Shown: positions 50,701 through 64,000 of the stretch, one piece after another
Layout of the letters: each line of letters starts with the position of its first letter
Numbering within the stretch: the first letter of the stretch is position 1
Made by a program: the position numbers and the translations under genes
Assembly: GCA_043228905.1 (NCBI GenBank)
Contig: JBHGNT010000020.1
Coordinates: forward strand, 5,766,001-5,830,000
Direction: 5' to 3'
Length of the DNA stretch: 64,000 nt
Source of the DNA: Azolla caroliniana
Lineage: Eukaryota > Plantae > Polypodiophyta
Notes under the pieces: generated by a model
Told to the model about the DNA's origin: nothing
The model's database searches: none
Seen by the model: only the letters and a program-made list of their open reading frames with translations

Positions 50701-52661
50701 TCGGCCTTGGTGTGGTCTTGCTCCAATCCAACGACAACGACCAACTCCGCCCAATTGCCTACATAAGTCGGTCACTTACCAAAGCCGAACAAAATTACTC
50801 GACAACGGAAAAAGAGTTGCTCACCATCGTTTCCACCCATACCTACACGGATCAAATACATCAGTCGAAATCGACCATCAGCCATTGCTCTCCCTCATAA
50901 AGAAGGCTCATCCACCCGGTCGCTTACTCCGTTGGGCTTTGGCGCTACAGGATTACACATTCACTCTGCGTTATCGCCGTGGTTCCCAGAACATCGTCGC
51001 CGATGGATTATCCCGCATATCCTTTCAAGCGAACCAGATCGCCTCTGACACAATCGATTTCCCCATATCCTCGTCCCAAATTGCCAACATGCAACAACAC
51101 GAAAAAATATTCCAAGACATCTGCCACCGCCTATGAGCCGAGCCCACATCATCCCTCACCAAGCAATTCATGATCCAGGATAATGTCCTGCTTTTTTGCC
51201 AAGGCATGGAACCCCAAGTCTACGTGCTTGAGCAACTGTGCCTATCTTACCTTCGTTTCTTCCACGATCACCCGTTGTCCGGCCACTTGGGTTTTCATAA
51301 GGTGCTACACAAAATCCATTGCAAATTCTATTGGTTGGGGCTACGCCACGATGTCACCTCCTACATCAAAGCATGCAACTTATGTCAGGCCATCAAATCA
51401 CCTCAAGTGGCTCAAGGCCTCTTACATCCGATACAAGTTCAAGCTCCATTTGAAATCGTCGGATGGGACATTATGGGCCCCTTTCCCGAGTCACAAGAAG
51501 GGAACAAATTCATCCTCGTCATAACTGAGTACTTGACGCATTGGGCTGAGACGGCCGCTATCCCAGATGCGAAGGCTATGACCATCGCCTCCAAACTATT
51601 GGAGAAAATCATCTTCCCCCATGGTTGCCCACTCCAAATCTTGTCTGATCGAGGACCCCAGTTCAACAGCGAGCTCCTACGCCTCGTTTCTACACAATTA
51701 GGAATCCACCAATTATTCACATCACCCTACCATCCGCAGACGAATGGATTGACGGAGCGCCTCAATCAAACCTTAAAACAACAAATCTCGGCCTACATTG
51801 ATCCGCTGCACTCGACCTGGGACCGGATCTTGCCCTTTGTTACGCTTGCCTACAACACAACTGTGCAAGCCTCCACCCGCATTAGCCCATTTCAGGCCCT
51901 TTACGGAAGGGACCCGCGCTTACCCCTAGAAGTGGCAGTCCCGCAACCAATCACACGACTCCACTCTGACGCAGTGTCCTGGTGGTCCCACCTGCAACAA
52001 CTCCAGCCCCTCCTCCGCAAAGCCATCACAAGCAACCTGCACCAAGCACAACTACACCAAAAACGACAACACGATGCAAGCCACGCCAACCATCAATACC
52101 ACGTCAGCGACAAAGTCCTCGTTTATTTCCCCATCTGTCGTCATGGCCTCAACAAGTCACTCATGCACCGATGGATCGGTCCCTTCGAAGTTCAAAAGCA
52201 GATACGCAACACTACATATCTGCTCTACCGCGCCTCTAACAACCACTCTACCTTTGCCCACCAGTCTCGCATGAAGCCCTTCCATCAGCTACCATCGCCC
52301 CCGCCCACGCTCATGCCCACGCTCATGCCCACGCTCATGCCCACGCCCACGCCCACGCCCACGCCCGTGTCATCCCCCCCGCCTAGAACCGTCGTTCACG
52401 CCCCGTCGCGATCCGACCGCACAATAACTTTGTTTTTATAAGGGGGAACTGTGGCGGTCACATGGACCACACCCAAATTAGGCCCCTACCAAGCCCCATG
52501 GACCACACCCAAAATAGACCCCTACCAAGCCCCCATAATTAGAAGAGCTAATTGGAGCGGGAGAACACCCTCCACGCTAAGAGTAGTCTATAAAATGTAA
52601 CTTGGAACGTAATGGAAGGGAGGCTATTCTTGAGAGCATTTCACATCTTGAGCATTTCACA
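47760..52661 (+). mobile_element. Ty3/gypsy element with short LTRs (47760-47919; 52450-52661), decayed
   Basis: Gag, protease LLDSGS, RT YLDD, RNase H TDAS and integrase GHLG..C..C with GPF. PBS tggtggag, PPT agggggaac, flanked by ATAA on both sides. Confidence 0.92.
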
Positions 52662-53239
52662 ATAAGATAAAGTTAGAATTAAATGTGTACCATAAATGTT
52701 AGTATTAGAAGGGTTAGATATATAGCCAATTCCTAGGTGGATTCAATGTCCCATTATGCATGATCAATCGCATTGGTAACATGTGACTTGGGGTATTCCT
52801 CACAAATCATTCCTCAACAACCTTCCTTTCCTCAGAAATGTTATTGTTGCTTCAATCGCTCCTTACCGCCTGTCTATGAATTTCTGTTGCAATTTCTCCA
52901 CACCGCCTCTCCATGCCTTCCTATTGCAATTGCTCCACACCACCTCTACATTAGAACATTCTGTTGCAATAGATCCTTACCACCACTATTCGCTCCGCTA
53001 TTGCAATCAGTCAATACTTCCTTTGTTTGTACCATCATTGCGATCGCTCATTCCTGCATCTACAAGTATTGTTGGCACCTATAGTCATCACCTCCGCTAC
53101 CCGTATTTCTGCCTCCAATTCCACTACTACACTCGATTACTTACTTCCATTGTTTGCGCCGTTGTTGCAATCGCTCACTTACCTTCATTGTTTGCTCCAC
53201 TACTGCAATCAATCGCTCACTTGCCGCCATTTTTCACTC

Positions 53240-54670
53240 CACTGTCGTGCCTTTCGACACCGGATCATTGCATGAGTCGAGTGTAATTTGTCAAGGTTTT
53301 GGACTAGGAGGGAGGAGAAATTTGAAACAGAAAGATTAATGCACAGATGGTAAGAGAGAGATATAGAAAATTCCTGAATCCCACGAGTATAGTGTATTAG
53401 ATTAATCAATATTTAGAACCCTAATAATTCCCAAAAATTCAACCACCAATCACATTTTTCTCCCCTCCTTATATAGTGATTGGAGAGGCTAAGTATAGCT
53501 TACCACGTAGCAAGCATCATGCTTTTTCTTCTAATGAAAGTGTTCATGCACACTAGATGTGCATGAGTAGCGTTTTCTATCTATATAGACTTTATGCTTT
53601 CTCTCACTATAGTATTCATGCACGTGAGGACAAGCTCTTATAGTGCTCATTATAGAATTTGCACATGATGATAAGCTATTATATATACTAAAAGTATAAT
53701 TATATTACTCATGACAAGTTAGTATAATGGCAAGGCTTCAAATTATTAACATAGAGGTACAAGGTTTGAACCCTACCCTATGTATGTAATAATGTTTCAA
53801 CATTTTTTTCCTTTTTTTTTCTTCATAGTTATTCAATCCAGTACTCCATACGTTTTTTGTAGTATACGAAGTACACTACGACACTCGCCTTCTCCGAACC
53901 TGCATATCCTTCAGTATGTGCCAAAGTTTCTGGTGCTTGTTATTCTCCTTCATCCGTAGTATCCTCTATTTCTCCCATTATGTCGACCGTTAATTCCAAC
54001 CCACTTTCTTCACTTCCCGCATCTCCATGATCCATTCCATTAGTTCCTCTGTATTAGTGACGTGCCTTTCGGCACCGAATCGTTGCGTGACTAGGGTGTA
54101 AACCGTCGAGGTTTTGGACGTGGAGGAGGAGAAATTTGAGACAGAAAGATTAATGAATAGATTGTAAGAGAGAGATATAGAACATTTTTGAATCCCATAA
54201 GTATATTGTATTAGATTAATCAATATTTAGAACCCTAATCATTCCTGAAAATACAAGTAATTACATTTTGCTCCCCTTCTTATATAGTGATGGGAGAGGC
54301 TAAGTATAGCTTACCACATGGCAAGCATCATGCTTTTTCTTCTAACTAAAGGGTTCATGCACACTAGAGGTGCATGAGTAGCTTTTTCTATCATGCTTTT
54401 TCTCCTAACTAAAGTGTTCATGCACACTAGAGGTGCATGAGTAGCTTTTTCTATCATGCTTTTTCTCCTAACTAAAGTGTTCATGCACACTAGATGTGCA
54501 TGAGTAGCTTTTTCTATCATGCTTTTTCTCCTAACTAAAGTGTTTATGCACACTAGATGTGCATGAGTAGTTTTTTCTATCTATAGACTTTATGCTTTCT
54601 CTCACTATACTACTCACGCTCGTGAGCATAAGCTCTTATGGTGCTCACTACAGAATTCACGTTCACACGT
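53240..54670. repeat. Two related ~450-600 bp segments, the second with four ~61-bp tandem repeats (probable LTR remnants)
   Basis: 53240-53660 is similar to 54060-54670. Repeat unit atcatgctttttctcctaactaaagtgttcatgcacactag... Confidence 0.6.
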
Positions 54671-54679
54671 GAGGATAAG

Positions 54680-56344
54680 GTCTTATAAAGTTGTGGCACA
54701 AGAGAATTGGCCACATCAATCTCTAGAAACTCAAGGCGATGTAATCGAAAGGGGGCGTCATCGGTCTCCTGATCTTCAATTTGAAAGAGAAAGAAGTTGT
54801 GTGTGAAGCTTGCGAATTTAGCAAACAACATCGGCACCCATGAAAAGCTAAACCTGAGCAAAGGCCTCCTAGATGTGATCCACTTAAACGTGTGGGGACT
54901 AGCATAGATAGCAACATTCAGAGGATGTCAATACTATGTCACATTCGTAGACAACTATTCTCGACATACTTGGATTCGGCTTTGTCTGAATCAGCATGTT
55001 TCTTCCAACACTCGCTCTCCTTGTGGCCCTTCTGACCACAATACCAACAGTTGGTGGCTTTGTTTTGCCGGCTTACGGCTCCACCTTGACTCCCCCTGCT
55101 TGTGGAGGGTCCACTGTTGTCGGCACTTCCTCTGTGCCTTTGATTTTGCTCTTGTCAGCCGCCTCCATTGCGTGCCGATCCACCTCATCCACCACAACCA
55201 CGAGGCCTATCTACCAGCATGTGTGCTCGTCGACGCACCCATGTGGTTCTCCTCTACAAGGAGCTTCAACTACAAGTCGAAAAAGGACAATGCCTTCTCC
55301 CTCATGCAGATGGTCATCCAAATAGGCTCGTATTTCTACACTAAACCACAAAGACAAATATGCACCATCTTGTCTTCATCTACTGAGACATTGATGGATT
55401 CCAGCAAATCACAGATTTGTTAGATCTTGGTGTAGTCAATGACCGACATACCTCCTTGTCGAACATTGTTGAGCGCTTGGCGGAGTTGCAACTTCAGGGT
55501 TGTGGCGCTGGCAATGAAGATCCTCTTCACGTTCCCCCAAGCACCCTTCGACGACTTCGCATCCCTAATGTAGTTGAGCATGTGATCACCCACACAAGAC
55601 GCGAAGCAGTACAAGACTCGGCTTGCTACATGCTCCTAGGTTGGAAAGTTTGTGTGATGGCTCCGACGATACGTCATTCACTCCTTCCACATAACTTCAG
55701 TACTCGCATCCGAGCATATACTGGTGCAGCTTGTATGCCCAAGATGCATAGTTGCTCTTGTTGAGCTTTGCTATCGGTAGGGAGCTGCTCATTCCTCTGT
55801 CCATGTTCTTGTCAGTTTTCTCCGGAAATCAAGGCTTGTCTGTGTTGATATGCTTGTCGGCTATAGCAAATTCTCAACCCTCGTGCTCTGATACCATGTG
55901 AAGAATTAGTTCCAGAAGTGCGTACACAAGACATAGCCAACACGGTCGAACAACAGCACACAGTTAGGTAAACAAAGAATGGAAAGTACACAAGGGGAGA
56001 GAGAAAGACTCGGTGAGCAAACAAGGCAACTCTATTTCAAGAAAGGACTCGATACCAAACAATGTGCTCATAAAGCACTTTATATACAAGCCTCTGACAT
56101 AGGCTAACTCAAGTATTGACAAGTACTTGAATGCTCACATGTGAGCTCTGACACTAGATGTCTATAGTATTCCGATTTACTAAAATAGGAATGTAGGCCT
56201 CTAACGGCCTACCTACCGCAACCCAATCTAGTTGTCGACTTCTTCAGCCGATCTTCCTCAACCGACTCGATTGTCAGCTTCTTCAGCCGATCTAGCCTAC
56301 TAGCCTTTAGCAAACCTGGCTCATGTTGAGCTTGTCTCTCAATA
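54680..56344 (-). mobile_element. Rearranged copia remnant: inverted integrase fragment, gag, PBS and LTR 55897-56344
   Basis: PBS complement at 55885-55896. MYCFASCVGDHML..KLQLRQALNN. Plus-strand CEACEFSKQHR/VTFVDNYSR fragment. Confidence 0.75.
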
Positions 56345-56551
56345 GCAAGAAATACATTGGTAGTCTAACTATAAACCAATTTGGACGAACTTCGTAATGC
56401 ACTCACGAAGAAAAGGTATGGAAGAGATGACACTCTTAGTAGAGTTAGGGTCTAGAACGAGAGAGACTGCACCTATCTTTACATCTTTAGGCACATCCTT
56501 AACCTTATTTCTCAATGTTCCTTCATATGTTTTAACACAAGCATTTTGTTT

Positions 56552-56592
<41 letters not shown>

Positions 56593-57050
56593 AATATGAC
56601 CCATGGGACCAAACTAAAATATTTCTGCAGAACTTAATGGTTTGAAGATGGTGTTGAATTTACTGCAACATGTATAATCTTGATCCTCCAATTATATATC
56701 ACAAGATGTGACATTGGCATTGCAAAAATATCATCACTTGTTGAAATTTCTATTGGACCATTATGAACATATAAAAAATGTATGACACTGGTGTTACACA
56801 AGAAAAATGCAGACAAATAAATCACTTGGAAAACTACCATAGATAGAAAGAAGCATTTTCAAGATAAAACTTTTTCTTTACTATTGATGGAAAGTAACTC
56901 TTGCTTTCCAATGGGTTGGTTATAAGGAGGAAGATTTACATATTCCCCCAACCTCCATTCTTTTCCAGACATAAAATATACAACGTGAACATCTAAATTT
57001 GAGTACATTTTGTTTGTCCCCCCCCCTCCAAATCATGCTTCTTGTCTTAT

Positions 57051-59810
57051 TTATATTCCACTAGGGAGAAGACTGTTAAAGTTACCACAAAGCTGATCTT
57101 CGGAGGTATTAAGCTTTGGACACATGAGAGGATATACAGAGGATGCAACACCCTCCACATATGAACACAACCATGCACTTGGCTGAGTGACATTAAGAAA
57201 GATATTTGATAAGCATATGTTCAAAAGAGGCGATGCTTCGAGACCCAAAAGTCTACCTGCTAACGAGACCCCACGGCCGACTATATTCTCAAGAACCACT
57301 CCACTAACAAGGGGTAAGACATCAGGATCAAAATTAGTATCAGGATGCTCTCCAGCATTTGCAGTGATATCAATGGCTTTCACAACATTCTCCATTGTCA
57401 TTCCTGAGATGGTGATATTGCGGATATAGCCACCACGTCCAGGGGCAGTTTTTAATCGGATACCAGTTCCTGTTCCGAACAGGTGAATGTCTGTCACATA
57501 AACATTATTCACGCCACCAGACATTTCACTCCCGATCGCAATTCCTGAGAAGGGGGTCGTTCCCATGATACGCCGGATGATTATGTTTGCAGTCGGCCGG
57601 CCCATTGCGATTCCATATTCATCCCACCCGCTCTTTAGGGAAATCAAATCATCCCCATTGCTTATGTAGCAATCCTCTATACAGACATTGGTACTCGAGT
57701 CTGTAAAAGGTAGAATATGTGAAGCTATTTAATTTCATGCTATAACTAAACTAAAGGACACAATACACACAAAATAGCCCCTAACTTTCCGCAATTTCCC
57801 AAACATCAATATATGTATGTTATATGAATTTACATATGTCATGTATATATCAAAAATGTGTATTGCATAAAACAAAATTCAATAAACATCATCCACACCT
57901 GGGTCTATGCCATCTGTGTTGGGTGCTGTGCTCGGAGCAAAGATTGACACACCTTTGATTATTACATCACTGAGACATACAAAGAACGATATATCTTCAC
58001 ATTTTAACTTTAAAGATGAAAAACTTAACTGAGTGCTTTAGATAGTTGCTTGCCCTATACGTATAGGTTTATATAGTCCATAGATTTAGAGTTCAATTCC
58101 CCATACCATTGAGGAATAGAGAAAAACAAACAAGGGTTCTAGTCAATACCTACAATACACCGGATGAATGTTCCAGAATGGTGAATTTCTTAACACAATG
58201 TTGGAGATGATGATCTTCTCAGAACTCATAAGTTCCACTAAGTGTCCACGAGTATACTTTAATGTGCGATTGTACCACATTTCCCACCAGACTGATCCTT
58301 GCCCATCAATAGTGCCATTATCACCTATAATATAGGAAAAGCAAACCAGTATAGCTAATGAATCGAGAAAAAAATGTTATGATTCTGGATGATTGTTAAA
58401 ACCAAGGATAGCAGCAAGGATAACTATTTGTAGAGTAAAATCTATGGGTTATCAGCAAATTTTCAACTATGAATCAAATCAAAACAAAACAAAAATATGG
58501 TTTTAAAAAAACAATGAAACATAGCATAGACTAGAAACTTGGATCATTTACCTGTTATTACCACATCAGTAAGATTCTCTCCGTGGATCAAACTGATGTA
58601 TCTTCCACCAGGTCGTTCTCGACCTCTACCATATGATGGCAAAGGATCTATTATGGGCCAATCCTCGGGGTTCTGTTAGATAACAAAGAACACTTGAATC
58701 AATGTTGAGACTGAAAAATTCCTCATAAGCATGTTAAAAAAACATTTATTTATGGATAATACACACAAAACCAAAACCTCAAAAATAACCAACTAAATTG
58801 AACACAAGAAAAGAACTAGAGAAGCCTAAAACAAAATTGCATACAATGGCAAACCCTTAAAAACAAAACAACCATATTACATATAAAAACTAAAATGAGA
58901 AAGACAAGAACAAAATTGCATACAAAATATAAAGAATGAATGAAATAACATACAGAACCACACCATAACAAAATCAAATAACCAAATTACATATGAAAAT
59001 CACACCCAAAAAAACAAAGAACCAATTTGTTAAAACACAAAAAACAAACCCTAGAAAACAAAGACACAATTCTTTACATGTAAAAAAAACAAGCCCTACG
59101 AGAAAGTAAAAGAGAATACTTACTTGGCAAACCAATATCAGTGCAGGCACCTTTCTTTAGACAGATAGCGAAATTACTTGTAAGGTTAATACTCCCAGAG
59201 AGTCAAATCACACACAAAACCCAAATCCTAAAAAACAAAAACCAAATTGCCCTGAAAAAAACCAGTTAAATACAAGAAGAAACCTTAAAACAATGAACTA
59301 ATGTGGAAAACAAAAAAGATGAACAAATTCTTTACATCCAAAAACCAACCAATGAACATACTCATTAAATAAAAATGACCAAACAAATCATTAGAATCTC
59401 AAAAAATCAATTCTTTTACATACAGAAACCAAAATCTTAACATAAAACAAGTGAAGTAGAACACTTACTTGGGAGCCCAATATCACTGCATCCTTCTCTA
59501 GATAGAGAGTGAAATTACTTGTAAGGTTGAAACTCCCAGTGAGCCAAATTCCTCGAGTAATATTAAGTTGTGATCCTCCACTAGAGGAAAAGCTTCGAAG
59601 ATAAGCCATGGCTTCTTGAAAAGCTTTAGTATTGAGTTTGATGCCATCTCCAACAGCTCCAAATTCGGAGATGGAAGCTGAATGAGTTCTCTGAGGTAGA
59701 GTTCGACCATTAAGACAGTCCTCTGTATTAGAAGTTGTGAAAACGGAGGTTATCTGTAGCGAGAGAGCGATTGTGGTTATGACGATATGGGTCCAGGAGG
59801 AGGTATGCAT
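57051..59810 (-). CDS. Polygalacturonase / pectin lyase-like GH28 protein, 452 aa, 5 exons
   Basis: Exons 59810-59469, 58672-58552, 58324-58150, 57969-57899 and 57700-57051, all GT-AG and phase-consistent (1359 nt). Signal-peptide-like start, FGAVGDG, PNTDGIDPDS, GDDLISLKSG and GIRLKT. Confidence 0.95.
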
Positions 59811-60489
59811 GATCTTCAATACTTACGAACCATGAAAGGGCAATAGAAACGGAGTAGATTTTCGGAGATAACCAGGGGTTTTGATCCTCAGAGGTCAGGG
59901 AGATTTGGCGACAGAAGGTTGGGAGTATTGCAGCAAACTCTTGAGCGTTTTGAGCAGGAATTAAAGATTCAATGAACGAAATGCAGGCGTTCGATTGTAG
60001 CTCCTCGACCCAATTCCAATGTAAAATAAAATGTAAGGGAACAGTGAGCGGATTACAAAAGTCGGGATTGGGATTTCCAAGACGTAGGGTTTTGAGAAGA
60101 TTGTTAGGGTTTCAAGCATTTGAGGAGGGAGACAGAGATGATCTTGTCAGAGTTCATTCATTCTTGCGAATCCCATGGGGCTACGGCAGCAAAACATTTC
60201 ATTTCTCTGAATCTGTTGTAGCGTTTTGCGTTAATAAAAAAGAAAGGGAGAAAGGGTGAAAGGGGGAGGAGGGGATAGTAAGGAAGGAGGAAGGAAGGAA
60301 GTAAGTAAGTAAGTAGGGTGGATGGGTGGAGGCGGCGATGTAGACACATAATAAATAAATAAAGGTTTGAAAGAAAACCATGAAGGGAAGGCTCCATGAT
60401 CCATCCAATCCATCCATCCATCCATCCATCCAAAGGGGTCGGTAAGTAGGTAATATATCACTCACTCTCAGTCACTCACTCACTCACCC

Positions 60490-62510
60490 TCGATTCGGCT
60501 ACGACAACTATATGGCATATCACTAAGCCTTTATGATGAAGGTGGCAACAGTCCGAGCACCGGAAACATTTTCCAAGACAACCAAGGATCCATGATGGAT
60601 TGAAGCCATGAACAAGGAGATGCAAGCGTTATGCAAGAATGAGACAGGGGATCTCGTCCCCCGTTCTCCACACAAGAAAGCGATCAGCTGCATATGGATA
60701 TATAAAATAAAATAAAATGTCGACGGCTCAATGAACTACTACAATGCACGACTCATAGCTAAGGAATATGATCAAACACACGGAGTCAACTATGAGGAGA
60801 CCTTTGTCCCAATGGCAAAGATGACGATTGTTCAGATAGTCCTCGCACTCGCAGTTGCTAAAGGATGGCAACTCCATCAAATGGATGTAAAGAACGCCTT
60901 CCTTCAAGACAAATTAGAAGACGGGGTCTTCATGATTCAACCACCTGGTTTCAAATCGACCAAGCATCCGACTACAGTCTGCCGACTCAAGAAGCCATTG
61001 TACAGACTCAAGCAAGCATTGCGTGCTTGGCACTCGAAGATCACTTAGTATCTTCACCAAATCGGCTTCCACATGTCCAAATCGGATAACTCTCTCTACA
61101 TTAGAAGCGAGTCGGACAACCTAATTTTCATCATCCTATATGTGGAGGATCTGCTCATCGGAGGAAAGAATCTAGCTGACATTAGTAAGGTCAAATCACT
61201 CCTATCCAGTAGATTCAAAATGAAAGATATGCACGAGCTCTATTACTTCCTTGGTATAGAAGTAATTAGGACACTAGTCAGGATTATGATCTCTTAGCGG
61301 TAGTACATCCTCAACTTGCTCTACAAGTTCAGGATGACTAAGTGCAAACCTATGTCAACCCCTCTCGATCCAAACCTCAAGCTTGATGCCGACTCCAGAA
61401 CAGAAGAGTGCGAGGCGACTCAGTATTGTCAACTGATCGATAACTTAATCTATCTTACCATCACACGACCCGACCTCAGCTATCATGTCGGTTTACTTAG
61501 ACAATTTATGCAGAAACCTTGGGATATTCATTAGGATTGTGCTAAGACAGTACTCAAGTACATCCGTGGAACGATGGATTACAACATCATGTATAAGACT
61601 AACATGATCGTTCGACTCGAAGGGTACATAGATGCAGACCGGGCCGGCTACAAGGCCAATAGACGATCGACATCCAGATTCGTCTTCTCCCTCGGCAGTG
61701 GAGCCATCTCATGGATCAGTAAGAAGCAGCTGACAGTTGCATTATCGAGCACAAAAACCGAGTATAGGGGCGCGGTTGCCGCTGCATGTGAAGCCATTTG
61801 GCTGAAACGAATATTGAGGTATCTAGGTGTTCCCATCAAGGATCCGATTCTCCTTTATTGTGACAACATGAGTAGTATCCATCTAGCTCGAAACCCGGTG
61901 TTCCATGCGCGCACGAAGCATATCGAAGTGCACTATCACTTCATCAAAGAGCGCGTTCAAGCTAGAGATGTCGACCTATAGCACATGAGCACGAACCTTC
62001 AGGAAGCAAATATCTTCAAAAAGCATTAGGAGTCGACAAGCTCATGCAATTCATGACGTGCCTTGGCTTAACAATAGTCGCATTGCCAAGCCTGAGGGGG
62101 AGTACGAGAACAATCGAAGCCGAACCGACTGATCATCCAACCATAGAGTCGAGAAACCTAGAAAGCCGAAACGAGCCAAACAGTGAGACAATCTCTCCGA
62201 TGATCGGAAGTTGTGTTCAAAGGGGCGTGTTGAGAATCAAACCCAACTTCCCCAATAAAATGGCTTTCACACTAGCAGTGGACATACTAGGCTAGTTTTG
62301 TAAATAGTAGAAATGGCAATTTCCCTAGGTTAGTTGGTATTTAAACCAACCTTTTGTAACTTAGTTATTATTGGATGTAATTCATTTTGTCTAATATAGC
62401 TTCTTGTTCTCTAAGTTCCTTGTCTCTCTCCCTCCCTCTCTCTGCTTTGTCTTATACACACATAGTTCCTTCCGCTGCACAAGATCACCTACACTCTCCA
62501 TTTCTTTACA
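60490..62510 (+). mobile_element. 3' part of a degenerate copia (RT, RNase H, PPT, LTR 62228-62510)
   Basis: QMDVKNAFL, ILYVED and [22 protein letters not shown]. aggggcg PPT followed by TGTTG. Confidence 0.88.
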
Positions 62511-62679
62511 AGTATAAATACACCTAGGGAAACCATTATGATATGAGGGTGTGTGTAAAGCTTATGTAGTAGTGATACATCAGAAGTGAGGGTAGCAAAG
62601 AAAAATAGGGGAAGTGAGATGCGAGAGTGCGTGTGTGCAGGTGTAGTTTGAGTGAAACTTGCCAAAACCCTAACAGGGA

Positions 62680-64000
62680 TGTAAAGAATCGATGGTGATT
62701 CTTGTGCAGCAGAATAGATTACAGATATGTGTTGTGAGTGTGTGTGTATGAGAGAGAGTGTGTGTGTGTGAGAGAGAAACACAAGATAGATTAGAGAGAC
62801 AATAGAATACTCAAGACGACGTATATTACAAAGGAGATTAACCGAACTAATTACAAAGTAGGAGGAGAGTGCTTTATATAGTCACTCTCTCTCTTCATTA
62901 ACTACCGAAGCTCATGGGTCATGGGGAATGTGAAAACTCATTAGTTATGTGTCATAGAATATGATTCTATGACACTTAGTTAATGTGTAGATAAGAGTGG
63001 TGACTTTTGACCTTTGAGTGCACACTCTCAAGAGTGTGTTCACACACTAGACTAGGTTGAGCTTGATTCTGAACACACCCCCTCAAGCTCAACTTTGGTC
63101 GGCTACTTCGGTTGATGTCCGCTTCGGTTCGTATCCGATTCGGACGGTATCCGGTACATCCGACTCATATCCGGTTCGGACGGTATCTGGTACATCCGAC
63201 TCGTATCCGGTTCGGACGGTATCCTCAATTTCGCTTGTACTCCCCCTCAAGCTTGGCAAGTCAAGAACCATCAATCCAAGGTTTGACAGGAATTGCCGAA
63301 GCTTATCGGCTCCTAGGGCTTTGGTGAAGATGTCGACTGTCTGAAGATTTGTAGTGATATGTTCAAGGTCGACATCGTCAACCTGAACGCGCTCTTGAAT
63401 GAAGTGATAGTGCACTTCGATATGTTTTGTGCATGCGTGGAACACCGGGTTCCGAGCTAGATAAATATTGTTCATGTTGTCGCAGTAAAGGGGAATTGGA
63501 TCTTTGATGGGAACGCCCAGATCCTCCAATATCCTCTTAAGCCATACGGCTTCACATGCAGCCACCGTCAGGCCTTTGTATTCAACCTCTATGCTCGAAA
63601 GAGCGACAGTTGGTTGCTTCTTGCTACACCAAGAGATGGCTCCACTTCCGAGGGAGAAGACGAAACCAGAGGTTGATCATTGGTCGGCTTTGTAGCCTGC
63701 CTAGTCGGCACTTGTGTACTCCTCAAGTTGAATTGGCGTGGCCGACTTATAGAGAATGCCATAGTCCATCGTTCCGCTCACGTATTGTAGCACTCTCTTA
63801 TCACAATCCAAATGGATATCTCGTGGCGTTTACATGAACTAGCTAAGAAGGCTACCCGAATAGCTCAGGTCAGGTCGAGTGATGGTGAGGTAGATAAGAC
63901 TACCGATCAGTTGTTGATACTGAGTTGGCTCACACTCTATGGTGCCAAAATTGGCATCTAGTTTGAGGTTTCGTTCGAGAGGTGTTGCCACAAACTTGCA
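62680..64000 (-). mobile_element. 3' end of a copia (LTR 62680-63075, PPT, 30-bp tandem repeats, RNase H/RT), continues off the window
   Basis: LTR related to 22000-22398. [23 protein letters not shown]. Confidence 0.88.

Overview
This is land-plant nuclear DNA, probably from a non-seed plant (an inference from the TE families), made up almost entirely of nested transposable elements. It holds one clear host gene, a 5-exon GH28 polygalacturonase (57051-59810, minus). Ordinary content is about 9 Ty1/copia pieces (one with an apparently uninterrupted ORF running off the left edge), a short-LTR Ty3/gypsy and solo LTRs. The standout is a ~9 kb TIR DNA transposon family, present as three copies. 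It carries a Sola-like (GHT-motif) DDD transposase and, divergently, a 6-exon spliced gene encoding a ParB/Srx-like domain fused to a prokaryote/phage-type beta-class DNA amino-methyltransferase (DIPY ... FSGTG). Intron 1 of that gene holds an array of 12-17 palindromic 23-bp repeats spaced 32 or about 40 bp apart. A 5'-truncated Penelope-like retroelement with two minimal hammerhead ribozymes is also present. All domain calls come from reading motifs by eye; no database searches were run.
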